31,206 nucleotides of DNA from an uncultured Oscillospiraceae bacterium (GTDB lineage: Bacteria; Bacillota; Clostridia; Oscillospirales; Acutalibacteraceae), in NCBI GenBank assembly GCA_902461995.1, contig CABQAA010000001.1, positions 1 to 31,206 on the forward strand, read 5' to 3'. The first letter of the stretch is position 1. Every line of letters begins with the position of its first letter. The notes under the pieces are model-generated. The model was given only the letters and a program-made list of their open reading frames with translations. It was not told the origin of the DNA and ran no database searches. The position numbers and the translations under genes are program-made. Below are positions 16,853-26,432 of this stretch, piece by piece.

Positions 16853-19800
16853 ATGAAACGGATACTGGCAGGACTGCTCTGCACCGCAATGCTGTTTCCG
16901 CTTTTGGCCGGATGCCGGTCGAAATCCGGGGAAGGGGCTCCCGCTGCCTTTGACGGGGATATCCTAAAAGGATGGACGATTGCGGACGCCAGCTATGAGT
17001 TGGCCCCGGAAAGCGGATATTCCAGCGTTCTTCTGAAAAGCGGCAAGGGATATCTGTCCACCGGACGGGTACAGCCGGCCTACCGGATCATGGAGGGGCG
17101 GCTGGAAACCGAACGCTTCTATTCGAGCATGGAAACGGAAAATTACTGGCGCGGACTCTTTTTGACATCCGACGCGATGCAGGCGGAAAACGGAGAAACG
17201 GTAACGGCGGAGATCACCGCCGAGGTCGGTTCCATCGCGGGCATTGCAGTTGGGACCGACAAAGATCTGAACAACGGATTTGCGGCCGTCGTCCATCTGG
17301 CAAAGCAGCGAGTGGAAATCATGCGGGTCAACGCCGGGATTCTGACCCCTCTCGAAAACTACCAGGACGGTGTGGTGACGAATTCGGTCCACGTGGAGAC
17401 CGGCGGGACCTATCAGCTCGCTGTGACATTCGAACCGGCCGGGGACAGCGCCTATACAATGGCGGTCTGCGTGGACGGGATTCCGCGGTTGGAAACCACC
17501 CTGTCCGGATACGGTGTGGAAGAGGGCCGCGGCAATCAAGTCTCGCTGGTTGTCTCCGACATGAAGGCTTCTATTCAAAATGTGAAAATCGGGGAACAGG
17601 CCGTGACCCTCGATGCGCTCCGCCCGTCCGCGGAAAATCCGCAGACTGTGGATGAATCGTTTAAGGGCACAATCACCTCGGATCCCTTCAAAGTCAAAAG
17701 CCGGTACCTCGCCTTCCGGGCAGGCGGCGGCCGGGACAACGACAACCTGAAAATTTCCCTGATCGACGCCAAGACCGAAGAGGTCCTCCTGACCGAAACC
17801 GGTTCCGGATCGGAGGAAATGACCAGGCGGGTCTGGGATATGGAGGCCTACAAAGGCCGCACCTGCCGGGTGCAGGTGGTGGACAATCTGAAATCCGGAC
17901 ACTTGAACATCGATGCGTTTTATGCCACGGATGAACAGCCGCTCGACACGGTGTTCAGCCTGCTCAGCTCCCAGGTCGGATACAGCATGGGCGCTGTGAA
18001 GAAAGCCTACGTACGCGCGCCGGAAACCGCCTCGTTCGAGCCGTCTTCCTTTACGGTGAGGGATTTCGCCACCGGGGAAAGCGTGTACGAGGGACGTGTG
18101 CGCAGCCGGGGCAACTATTGGGAAAGTGCCTGGTGGGAGCTGGATTTCAGTGAATTCGATGCCCCTGGCCGGTATGAGATTCAGATTGGAGAAGGCGCAA
18201 ATGCCTTGACTTCCACCGCCTTCGACATCGGCGAAGAGGCCCTTGTCAAGGCGTCCCTGCTCGACACGTCGCTGAACCAGCTCGACCTGCGCCGTTCCCC
18301 CGGAAAGCTCGGATGGCGGGACAGCTCGACCGATGAGCTCCGGGAACTTCACGCCCAGGTCATGACGGTCCACACCATGCTGGATATTCTCGACACGCAG
18401 TACGACAGACTGTCCGACTATAACCGCGCACGGGTGCTGGACAATATAGAGTTTGGCCTTCAGTATATTCTGAAGGCGCAGGAACGCACCGACGACCCGA
18501 AAACCGACGGCCGTTTCATCCATGATCTGTATCCTTCTCAGTTTTCGGCCGATAAACTGCGTTCCTGGTTCGATACCACCTATGCTATGTCGGCCATGGC
18601 CCGCTCCCTTCCGGTTTTGCGGGAGAGAGACGCAGCGCTGGCAGAAAGCGTAAAGAATGCGTTTGATGTCTCCTTCCGCATGTGCGTTCTCCGCCCGTAT
18701 TATCTGCCCGAGGAATTCGACGTCGAGGGACCGGGCGGTCTGCAGGGGGTGGAATCCACGATCCGGCAGTTCTACTATCTGCGGGAGATGTCCTGGACCT
18801 TCGATTCCAAGCTCCGCACCCGGGATAAGCTGATGTTTCTTTCGGCCTGCACCTATATGGCGAAAGCGGTGGGGCCCAGCGACACGCGGTATCTCGAACA
18901 GGCGAAATCTCTGGCCAAAGAGATCAGTGCCCAGCAGTATACGGATTATAAAAACCCCATCGACGGCGCGTTCGGCTGTTTTTACGAGTTTGAAAACAGC
19001 GACGAAGCCATGATGCTCGAATGGATCCAGGCGTTTAACCTGATGCTCGGCAATCAGACGCCCACCGATCTGTCCCCTTATATGGATCTGTTGGAGCTTG
19101 CTCCGAACGATCCCGATGCGGCCATGTGGATGAACACCCTGAAAATCTACGCAGACGGGTATGTCAAACCCACCGCCGATCTGACACCTCTTGGCATCTA
19201 TCCGATCGCTGCCTACAACAACGCCGAGCAGCGGGGTGTCAAATTCTTCCAGACCCTTTCTCACGGTGCCTCCTCCCATTTCGGCTTCATGGGGCGGAAT
19301 ATCCAGAAGCTCGCGCGATTTTTCGACGATGCCGCGCTGCAGAATCTGGCGCAGAACAACGTGCAGTTCCAGGCCGGCCTGAATCCCGGGTTCCCGACCG
19401 GTCCCGAGGGGACGGCGTGGAAATCGTATTCGCTCCTGTATCTGATCGGCAGCCGCTCTTTCAGCGGCTGGTTCAACGGCGGCGCTTATACACCGCCCAT
19501 CGGGAGCGGGTTCAACGGGTTCAGCGCTTCCACACAGTTCACGGTGGAGATGATCAACCAGACCCCCGACCTTCCGTTGGGTATTCTGGACGAATCGGGA
19601 GGCTATCAGTTCAACGAGGACTACATACCCCACGGCATGGGGTATGCGTCCGGTATCGCGGCGGTGGATTCACCGGTGAAAATCCCGGTGGAAACCCGTT
19701 TGGCGGGGCAGCCGATCGAAGCGGAGATCCGCCTGTCCGGAGCCGCGTCGGGTACGCAGAAAACCGGAGCGGACGGAACGGCCGTGCTGACGGGAATCCG

Positions 19801-20197
19801 TCCGGGCGGGGTTCTCACGCTGGACATATCGTATCAGAATCAGAAGATCACCCGGACCTTCTCCGTCATCGCAGGCGAATCCGCGCCGGTAACGGTGGAT
19901 TTTGCCGAGAGCATCGACGCAGAGCTGACGGTTCCCGAGACCTTATCGGGGGAAGGCCGGGGCACTTTGAAGCTGACGAATACGGGCACTGCCGCCGTGA
20001 CGGTGGACGTCACGCTGCTGGCCGACGGTGCGGATCTGAAGGAATCCAGCCGCACCCTGACCCTGCAGCCCGGGAAAACTGCGGCGGTGGAGATCTCTCT
20101 GACCGCCGGCGATAAGAGCAAGCCTTATTTGGTATACGCCTATCTGGCGCTGCCGCATCACGCACAGACAGTGACGGGCACCGGGCGGATCGCCTGA
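16853..20197 (+). CDS. Lipoprotein, paralogous GH9-like hydrolase with extra N-terminal CBM66-like and GH32-associated beta-sandwich modules
   Basis: Lipobox LLAGC; shares GKLGWRDSSTDELREL, LRTRD, LTPLGIYP and YQFNEDY(L/I)PHGMGY with the upstream gene; carries the GTITSDPF...FRAGGG...VVDN..GHLNID module. Confidence 0.7.
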   Translation: MKRILAGLLCTAMLFPLLAGCRSKSGEGAPAAFDGDILKGWTIADASYELAPESGYSSVLLKSGKGYLSTGRVQPAYRIMEGRLETERFYSSMETENYWRGLFLTSDAMQAENGETVTAEITAEVGSIAGIAVGTDKDLNNGFAAVVHLAKQRVEIMRVNAGILTPLENYQDGVVTNSVHVETGGTYQLAVTFEPAGDSAYTMAVCVDGIPRLETTLSGYGVEEGRGNQVSLVVSDMKASIQNVKIGEQAVTLDALRPSAENPQTVDESFKGTITSDPFKVKSRYLAFRAGGGRDNDNLKISLIDAKTEEVLLTETGSGSEEMTRRVWDMEAYKGRTCRVQVVDNLKSGHLNIDAFYATDEQPLDTVFSLLSSQVGYSMGAVKKAYVRAPETASFEPSSFTVRDFATGESVYEGRVRSRGNYWESAWWELDFSEFDAPGRYEIQIGEGANALTSTAFDIGEEALVKASLLDTSLNQLDLRRSPGKLGWRDSSTDELRELHAQVMTVHTMLDILDTQYDRLSDYNRARVLDNIEFGLQYILKAQERTDDPKTDGRFIHDLYPSQFSADKLRSWFDTTYAMSAMARSLPVLRERDAALAESVKNAFDVSFRMCVLRPYYLPEEFDVEGPGGLQGVESTIRQFYYLREMSWTFDSKLRTRDKLMFLSACTYMAKAVGPSDTRYLEQAKSLAKEISAQQYTDYKNPIDGAFGCFYEFENSDEAMMLEWIQAFNLMLGNQTPTDLSPYMDLLELAPNDPDAAMWMNTLKIYADGYVKPTADLTPLGIYPIAAYNNAEQRGVKFFQTLSHGASSHFGFMGRNIQKLARFFDDAALQNLAQNNVQFQAGLNPGFPTGPEGTAWKSYSLLYLIGSRSFSGWFNGGAYTPPIGSGFNGFSASTQFTVEMINQTPDLPLGILDESGGYQFNEDYIPHGMGYASGIAAVDSPVKIPVETRLAGQPIEAEIRLSGAASGTQKTGADGTAVLTGIRPGGVLTLDISYQNQKITRTFSVIAGESAPVTVDFAESIDAELTVPETLSGEGRGTLKLTNTGTAAVTVDVTLLADGADLKESSRTLTLQPGKTAAVEISLTAGDKSKPYLVYAYLALPHHAQTVTGTGRIA

Positions 20198-20220
20198 ACC
20201 CGATCGGAGGGGGAATCCAT

Positions 20221-21168
20221 TTGAACGCCGTTCGCAGCGCCCAGCCCAAGGGACGGACCTTAGGGAAACGCATGTGGCAGCACCGCTATATTTATCTGAT
20301 GATGCTGCCTGGCCTGATCTTTCTGTTGATTTTTTCGTACATACCAATTTACGGTATCATCCTGGCCTTCAAGGATTTCAGCTTCCGCAAAGGGATCCTC
20401 ATGAGCCCCTGGGCGGATCAATACGGTATGGCGTATTTCATCGAATTGTTCAAGGACGCCAAGTTTTGGGAGGTCACCCGCAACACGGTTCTCATCTCTC
20501 TCGGCCGGATTCTTATCGAATTTCCAGTCCCCATCATCCTGGCCATTCTCATGAACGAGGTTAGGATCAAATGGTTCAAAAAAACGGTGCAGTCGGTTTT
20601 GTATTTTCCCTATTTTATTTCCTGGGTGATCATCGGTTCCATGGTGTTTAACCTGTTTTCGGTCAACCGGGGAGCGGTAAACACGATTCTGTTTCAGATC
20701 ACAGGACAGAAAATCAATTTTTTAATCGACGACACCTTTTTTATCGTTCTCTTATTTGTGTCCTCGATCTGGAAATCGGCCGGCTATTCCATGATTCTTT
20801 ACATGGCGGCGATTACGAACATCGACGTGGAGCTTTACGATGCCGCGACGATCGACGGCTGCAACCGCTTCCAGAAGATGCGGTATATCACCCTGCCGGG
20901 GATCAGCGTCATGATCATCACCATGCTGATCCTCGCAACCGGCAACATCATGAACGCCGGGTTCGACCAGATATTTAACCTTTACAACTCCAACGTATAC
21001 GATGTGGCCGACATCATCGACACCTACATCTACCGGATCGGGCTGCGGGATTTGAATTTCAGCCTGGGTACGGCGGTTGGTCTGTTTAAATCCGTCATCA
21101 ATTTCGGCCTGCTGATGGGGGTCAATATGGTCTGCAAGCGGATCAACGGCACCGGAATCTATATGTAA
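20221..21168 (+). CDS. Carbohydrate ABC transporter permease (LplB/YteP type)
   Basis: PIYGIILAFKDF, YFPYFISWV, EAA-loop ELYDAATIDGCNRFQK, DIIDTYIYRIGL; TTG start after ggaggggg. Confidence 0.93.
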   Translation: MNAVRSAQPKGRTLGKRMWQHRYIYLMMLPGLIFLLIFSYIPIYGIILAFKDFSFRKGILMSPWADQYGMAYFIELFKDAKFWEVTRNTVLISLGRILIEFPVPIILAILMNEVRIKWFKKTVQSVLYFPYFISWVIIGSMVFNLFSVNRGAVNTILFQITGQKINFLIDDTFFIVLLFVSSIWKSAGYSMILYMAAITNIDVELYDAATIDGCNRFQKMRYITLPGISVMIITMLILATGNIMNAGFDQIFNLYNSNVYDVADIIDTYIYRIGLRDLNFSLGTAVGLFKSVINFGLLMGVNMVCKRINGTGIYM

Positions 21169-21181
21169 AGGGGGGAGCGGC

Positions 21182-22072
21182 TTGATCAAACGTTGGTTCA
21201 AACACATCACGGCTTTCGACGTGTTTCTGATTCTGCTCTTCTCCCTGCTGGCGGTCGTCACCATATTTCCCTTCTGGAATATCCTGATGGTTTCCATCGC
21301 CCCGAACGAGTATTACGTCAAAAGCGGCATCGTGCTGTTTCCGACCGAATTCACGCTCAAGAACTACGAGTATATCTTCACATCCTCAGAAGTGCTTATG
21401 TCGGCCTGGAACAGCGTGCTGGTATCGGTTCTCAGTGTGGCGTACGGTATGGCCCTGACTGTCCCGCTCGCCTATGGGTTATCCCGGCCGGACGTTCCGG
21501 GGAAGAAGCTGCTCATCACCTATGTCCTGATTCCCATGTTTTTCGGCGGCGGGATGATCCCGTTTTATCTGGTGGTCAAGAATCTGGGCCTGATCGATCA
21601 CCTCGCCGCGCTCATTATCCCTTACGGCATCAATATGTTCTATCTCATCATCATCAAGAACAGCTTTTCCTCCATCCCCGCATCCCTGATTGAGGCGGCG
21701 GAGATCGACGGGGCGAACGACATCACCATCCTGTTCCGCATGGTGCTACCGCTTTCCACCGCGACGCTGGCAACCTTTTCTCTGTTCATGCTGGTGGATA
21801 AGTGGAACGATTGGTTCAGCTCCATGCTCTTTCTGACCGACGGAAAGATGTACCCGTTGGCCAAACTCCTGCGGGACATCGTATTCAACAACGTCAATGT
21901 CGGCGATCCAAATCTGGTGACGCCGGGCGCATCCGGAGAACAGCTCTACGCCGGCATGGACGGGATCAAGATGGCGACGGTCATCGTCGCGATCGTGCCC
22001 ATTTTGTGTGTGTATCCATTTCTACAGCGGTATTTTGTCAAAGGCGTTGCATCCGGGGCCATCAAATCATGA
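21182..22072 (+). CDS. Carbohydrate ABC transporter permease (LplC/YtcP type)
   Basis: MFFGGGMIPFY, SLIEAAEIDGA, KWNDWF, PILCVYPFLQRYFVKG. Confidence 0.93.
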   Translation: MIKRWFKHITAFDVFLILLFSLLAVVTIFPFWNILMVSIAPNEYYVKSGIVLFPTEFTLKNYEYIFTSSEVLMSAWNSVLVSVLSVAYGMALTVPLAYGLSRPDVPGKKLLITYVLIPMFFGGGMIPFYLVVKNLGLIDHLAALIIPYGINMFYLIIIKNSFSSIPASLIEAAEIDGANDITILFRMVLPLSTATLATFSLFMLVDKWNDWFSSMLFLTDGKMYPLAKLLRDIVFNNVNVGDPNLVTPGASGEQLYAGMDGIKMATVIVAIVPILCVYPFLQRYFVKGVASGAIKS

Positions 22073-22083
22073 GGAGGATGAGT

Positions 22084-23643
22084 ATGACAGGGTTTATCAA
22101 ACGGCTGGGATTTCTGAGTCTGGCTCTGGCACTGCTGGTCGGTGCCGCGGGCTGCAAAGACGGGGGAGGTGAAAAAAACCCGACCGAAACCAAGGCGGTC
22201 GAGGACGACCGCAGTGTATCCTACGACATCAAAATCGGCATGTGGGACTGCGCCAAATGGGGCAACGACGATATCGGCCGACACATCGAGGAAAAATTCA
22301 ACATCAAAATCGTGCCGGTGGCGTTGTCGACGGTGGACTATATTGAAAAGCTGAACATCAGCGCGGCAGGCGATACCCTGCCCGACATGTTTATGCATCC
22401 CGGATACAGCGGCTACACCAGCACCCTGACGAAGTGGGTGTCGGAGGATGTCGTCAAAGCGCTGCCGGAGGATCTGTCGGCTTACCCGAACCTGAAGAAG
22501 GTCATGGATTCCTACGATTATCTCAAGCAGAATAATGCGCATTATTTTGTTCCGCGAACGGTGTTCACCGATCCGGCGAACAGCTATTATACGCCGGCTC
22601 TCTGGGTGCGGAAGGACTGGATGCGGAACCTTGGCATCGATACCGCTCCTACCACTCTGGACGGTCTCTACGACATGTTGTCCCGGTTTACCACCGACGA
22701 TCCGGATAAAAACGGAAAGAACGACACCTACGGCGTGACCCCGGGCCTTAACCTCGAATGGGTGTTCTTCGCCCATGGCATCGACATCTCGGGATATATC
22801 GAAGAGGACGGCCAATGGATTCCCGGCGTGTTGTCGAAACACAATGCCGAGCCGATCAAATTTATCCAGAAAATGTACCGCAATGACGTTCTGGATAAGG
22901 ATTTCGCCACCATGAAGCTGGCCGACTCAGAGAACAACTTCTGTTCCGGCCGCGCGGGCATGGTTTACCTGGTGGGCGAATCCAGCCCCATGCAGTACGT
23001 CGCACTCGCGAAGCTGGCAGCGGTTAATAAAGGCTTCGATGCCAAAAACGACCTCGACATGCTGCCGCCGCCTGAGGTGCCCGGAAAGAACTACACCTGC
23101 ACACAGAACTACAATTTCGCGCAGGGCACCATGTTCAACGGCGGTCTCTCCGATGAAAAACTCGCGCGCTGCCTCTCCCTGTACGATTATCTCCTGTCTG
23201 AGGAAGGCGTGACCCTCGGCCGTATCGGCGTGGAAAACATCTCCTTTAAAAAAGAAGGAGAGAAAACCGTTTCCCTGCTTCCCACCGACTCGACCGGCCA
23301 GGAGAAATGGCTCGGGGATGTGTATCCCACCTCGCAGATCTACCGCGTTGCCCGCTGGGATGCGGACGGTGCCTGGGTAAGTCCGGACATCCAGCCGGAA
23401 TTTGTCGCCCTGGCGCAAAAGGTCAAAGATCTTTATGGACCCAAGATGAACAAGAAAAACCCGGAGATCGACTTCAAATCCACCCCGGCCAAAGACCGCT
23501 GGAATGTCAGCGAGTATTTCTGGGAGAATGTTTTTAACATGGTACTCAATTCGGACGATATCGATGCGTCCTGGACCAGTTTCCGGAATACCCTGCTCAC
23601 CGAAAAAAATGGACAGAAATTGATTGACGAAATCAATCAATAA
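22084..23643 (+). CDS. ABC transporter oligosaccharide-binding lipoprotein (LplA type)
   Basis: Lipobox AAGC after RBS ggagg; IEEKFNI, AGDTLPD, WVRKDWMRNLG, DPDKNGKNDTYG. Confidence 0.92.
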   Translation: MTGFIKRLGFLSLALALLVGAAGCKDGGGEKNPTETKAVEDDRSVSYDIKIGMWDCAKWGNDDIGRHIEEKFNIKIVPVALSTVDYIEKLNISAAGDTLPDMFMHPGYSGYTSTLTKWVSEDVVKALPEDLSAYPNLKKVMDSYDYLKQNNAHYFVPRTVFTDPANSYYTPALWVRKDWMRNLGIDTAPTTLDGLYDMLSRFTTDDPDKNGKNDTYGVTPGLNLEWVFFAHGIDISGYIEEDGQWIPGVLSKHNAEPIKFIQKMYRNDVLDKDFATMKLADSENNFCSGRAGMVYLVGESSPMQYVALAKLAAVNKGFDAKNDLDMLPPPEVPGKNYTCTQNYNFAQGTMFNGGLSDEKLARCLSLYDYLLSEEGVTLGRIGVENISFKKEGEKTVSLLPTDSTGQEKWLGDVYPTSQIYRVARWDADGAWVSPDIQPEFVALAQKVKDLYGPKMNKKNPEIDFKSTPAKDRWNVSEYFWENVFNMVLNSDDIDASWTSFRNTLLTEKNGQKLIDEINQ

Positions 23644-23661
23644 TCAAAAGGAGGGCTTACC

Positions 23662-25164
23662 TTGGTCAAGAAACTTGGCGCGATCCTGCTGTCATGCGGT
23701 CTGTTGGCTTGTCTCAGCATTCCGATCCTCGGCGCGGAACATCCGGAATACCCGGCGAAGACGATGGAGTTTTCGAGCGCAGGCGATCTGTCCCAGTGGA
23801 CACGGCTCGGCAATCCCGCCGGCACGATGAGCATCGTGGACGGGGCGCTGCAGATGGGATCCTCGGTGGCATTCAGTGAGGTCGCGGCTCTGTACACGGG
23901 ACAGAAATGCCGGGATTTCACAGCGGAATTCGTCTACAAGTTCCCCAAAGGCGGGAACAACGACGCGGCGATGTTTACCTACCGTGCCGACACCCTGGCT
24001 GCTCAGGGCTATGCTGTCTATTTCGTGCATTGTCCCGACGCCGACAAGCAGTATTATATCAAATTCGTCTCCCGGCCCTATCAGGATATTCAAGCCGGCT
24101 TCTTCTTCAACGACGGCGGAGAGGGCGTGGACTACGCGACCGATTCCGTCAAGGTGAAAATGGTCGTCTCGGGTGCCACTCATACCCTGTATATGACGGT
24201 GCCGGGCAAGGAATACGGTGAACCCGTCTTCTCGATCACGGAAGAGGCACCCCGGTATGACAACAGCGGGTACATCGGATTCATGCAGTGGCACGATGCG
24301 GGCACCCATGAGGTGGCGACCGCTTTCGACGATCTGACCATCACCTGCAATGACGAGGGCGAAGCTGCCGTTCCGGAAGTTCCGGCCGATACCACAGCCG
24401 TGACCGCCGGGACCATCACCCAGGATTTCAGCGAGCCCCTTTCCGACAAATGGGGCTTTTACCGCGGCGATGTTGGTGGCAACAAGGCAGAGGTTGTGGA
24501 CGATCTGCTTCTGCTGACGACGGTCGGCGGGAATGTCCCCGGTGAATCGGCGGCCTATTATAAGGAGAATTTCCAAAACGGCACGATCGAAGCCGATGTG
24601 ATACTGAGCACCGGAAACAGCACCAGCATCGCGTTCCGTGGCCAAGATCATCTGCGCAAAGGATACCAGCTTGTTTTTGACCGGTATACCGGCTTAAAAC
24701 TCTGCAAACGGCCGTATGAGGTACTCGCCAGTGCGACCGGATTTGATGTTCAGCTGGATGTCGTGTACAGCACCAAGATCACGGTTGAGGGGAACCGCAT
24801 ACAGGTGGTCGTGACTTATGAAGACGACGAGGGAGAAACCAAAACTGTGAATCTCGATTACACGGACGAGGCGAACAGCTATCCCGATGCCGGATACGTC
24901 GGATTCATCAACTATGCAGGGATGGCGAACAAGACCGACGCTATGTTTGACAACTTGGTGATCACCAAGGTTGTGGAGGGTCAGTCTGTGCCGGACACCT
25001 CCGACACCTCGAAGCCGGAGAACAGCTCCAAACCCATCGATCCCGCTCCCGATACGGGGGTCACAGCCCTTCCGATTCTGGCCCTGGCCATGACCGGGAT
25101 CGGCGCTGGCGCACTCGTCCTGTCCCGCCGCAGAACCCAACATGAAAAGGGAGGTTCGGTATGA
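23662..25164 (+). CDS. Sortase-anchored surface protein with two CBM66/DUF1080-like beta-sandwich domains
   Basis: Signal peptide; two homologous domains (DFTAE...FTYR...GYAVYF...GYIGF and NGTIEAD...IAFR...GYQLVF...GYVGF); C-terminal APDTG + hydrophobic helix + RRR. Confidence 0.72.
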   Translation: MVKKLGAILLSCGLLACLSIPILGAEHPEYPAKTMEFSSAGDLSQWTRLGNPAGTMSIVDGALQMGSSVAFSEVAALYTGQKCRDFTAEFVYKFPKGGNNDAAMFTYRADTLAAQGYAVYFVHCPDADKQYYIKFVSRPYQDIQAGFFFNDGGEGVDYATDSVKVKMVVSGATHTLYMTVPGKEYGEPVFSITEEAPRYDNSGYIGFMQWHDAGTHEVATAFDDLTITCNDEGEAAVPEVPADTTAVTAGTITQDFSEPLSDKWGFYRGDVGGNKAEVVDDLLLLTTVGGNVPGESAAYYKENFQNGTIEADVILSTGNSTSIAFRGQDHLRKGYQLVFDRYTGLKLCKRPYEVLASATGFDVQLDVVYSTKITVEGNRIQVVVTYEDDEGETKTVNLDYTDEANSYPDAGYVGFINYAGMANKTDAMFDNLVITKVVEGQSVPDTSDTSKPENSSKPIDPAPDTGVTALPILALAMTGIGAGALVLSRRRTQHEKGGSV

Positions 25165-26372
25165 AAAAGCGTGTAATCTCTCTGGCCTTGGCAGCGATGC
25201 TGACGCTCCTGCTTATTTTTGGCGCGTCGGCGGCCGAGCCTGCTTATGAAAACGATTTTTCCTCTGGCTCGATTAAGATTACGGAATGGAAAACCTTGAA
25301 TCTGGATCCGGATTCCAACGGGGCGTGGGATATCGCCGATGTTGGCGGCAACAAACTGCTCCGCGGCCAGATCGCCAAGTTCAACGACAGCATCCTGTAT
25401 TACAAAGCCAAGAAGTTCAAGGATGTGACGATTGAGGCTGATATCACACTGGAACGGGGCAACGCGGTGGGTGTCATCGGCCGTATGGATGCGGAGGCCC
25501 GTGGCTATCAGGTGATTTTCGACCAGTTCGACGGAATCAAATTATGCAAACGCCCGTATTACATGTTCAAGTCGGGCGGCATGATCGATGTTGGCTCCGA
25601 GTATCATATCGTGTTTTCGATGATCGGCAGTAAAATCAAGGCTCAGATTACCAGCAAAAAGACCGGGGAGACTTTGTCTCTCGAAACGGAAGACGAGACC
25701 TTTACAGGCGCCGGATACGTCGGATTCAGCATTTTTGGATTTGATACCGACGCCAAATCGAATGCGGTCGGTCTGGTGGATAACGTGAAGATCTACGAAG
25801 GAGAGGTCGCGCCGACCGATCCTTCGACCAACGCCCCGACCACCACCACGGCCGGGGGCGGCGGGACCGCCACGACACCTCCTACGGGCGGCGAAGGCAC
25901 GACCGCGCCTCCAACGCAGGGCGGAGAGAATTCCACCACAGGGACCGAGGGTACGGCGCCTGTCGAAGCTGGCTTCGCGCTGTCCTCGAAGTATACCGAT
26001 GCCACGGTGGACAATGCAGGAAAAACCGTTACCCTCAGCCGTAAACTGAACGTATCGGAGATCAAAGATACATTCAAAATTCCGGACGGCTACACCCTGA
26101 AGGTGCTGGACAAGAGCGGCGCCGAGATAACCGACAATACGGTGGAAATTACGGCCGATATGAAGCTGTCGTTCGTCAAAGACGGCGCCCCCGATCAGGT
26201 CTATACCATCCGGATGGAGTCGGTCGCACAAGGAAAGGATCCGGAATCGGATGGCGGAAATTGGACGTGGCTGATCATCGTCATCGTGGTGATCGTCGTG
26301 GCCGGTGCGGGAATCGGCGGATTCTTCCTGTTCCGGTATCTGAAAGCGAAAAAGGCACAGCCCATGGAGTAA
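25161..26372 (+). CDS. Membrane-anchored surface protein with one CBM66/DUF1080-like domain and a Thr/Gly/Pro linker
   Basis: Signal peptide ASA|AE; DVTIEADITL...GYQVIFD...KLCKRPY...GYVGF; PTTTTAGGGG linker; C-terminal TM helix + basic tail; ATGA overlap with the upstream gene. Confidence 0.72.
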   Translation: MKKRVISLALAAMLTLLLIFGASAAEPAYENDFSSGSIKITEWKTLNLDPDSNGAWDIADVGGNKLLRGQIAKFNDSILYYKAKKFKDVTIEADITLERGNAVGVIGRMDAEARGYQVIFDQFDGIKLCKRPYYMFKSGGMIDVGSEYHIVFSMIGSKIKAQITSKKTGETLSLETEDETFTGAGYVGFSIFGFDTDAKSNAVGLVDNVKIYEGEVAPTDPSTNAPTTTTAGGGGTATTPPTGGEGTTAPPTQGGENSTTGTEGTAPVEAGFALSSKYTDATVDNAGKTVTLSRKLNVSEIKDTFKIPDGYTLKVLDKSGAEITDNTVEITADMKLSFVKDGAPDQVYTIRMESVAQGKDPESDGGNWTWLIIVIVVIVVAGAGIGGFFLFRYLKAKKAQPME

Positions 26373-26377
26373 AGAAG

Positions 26378-26410
26378 AAAAGGGGATGCCATTGTGCATC
26401 CCCTTTTTCT
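26378..26410. terminator. Bidirectional terminator between the large operon and the response regulator
   Basis: aaaaggggatgc-cattgt-gcatcccctttt with A/T tracts on both sides. Confidence 0.8.
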
Positions 26411-26432
26411 CCAAAACCCAGCAGACGCATGG

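Noticed and set aside
16964..19633. 889-aa antisense ORF opposite the second GH9-like gene
   Set aside because: Codon-aligned shadow frame that stays open because TTA/CTA/TCA are rare in the sense gene; no motifs recognised
19126..20115. 329-aa same-strand alternative-frame ORF
   Set aside because: Arg/Gly-rich off-frame reading of a GC-rich gene; no domain features
21802..22083. ORF-track N-terminal extension of the binding protein (similar extensions at 14117, 27766, 27875, 8088, 7117)
   Set aside because: Better starts with an RBS and the expected signal peptide or domain start lie downstream
20221..23643. ABC transporter lacking an ATPase gene
   Set aside because: Normal for Firmicute carbohydrate importers, which share an MsmX/MsmK-type ATPase
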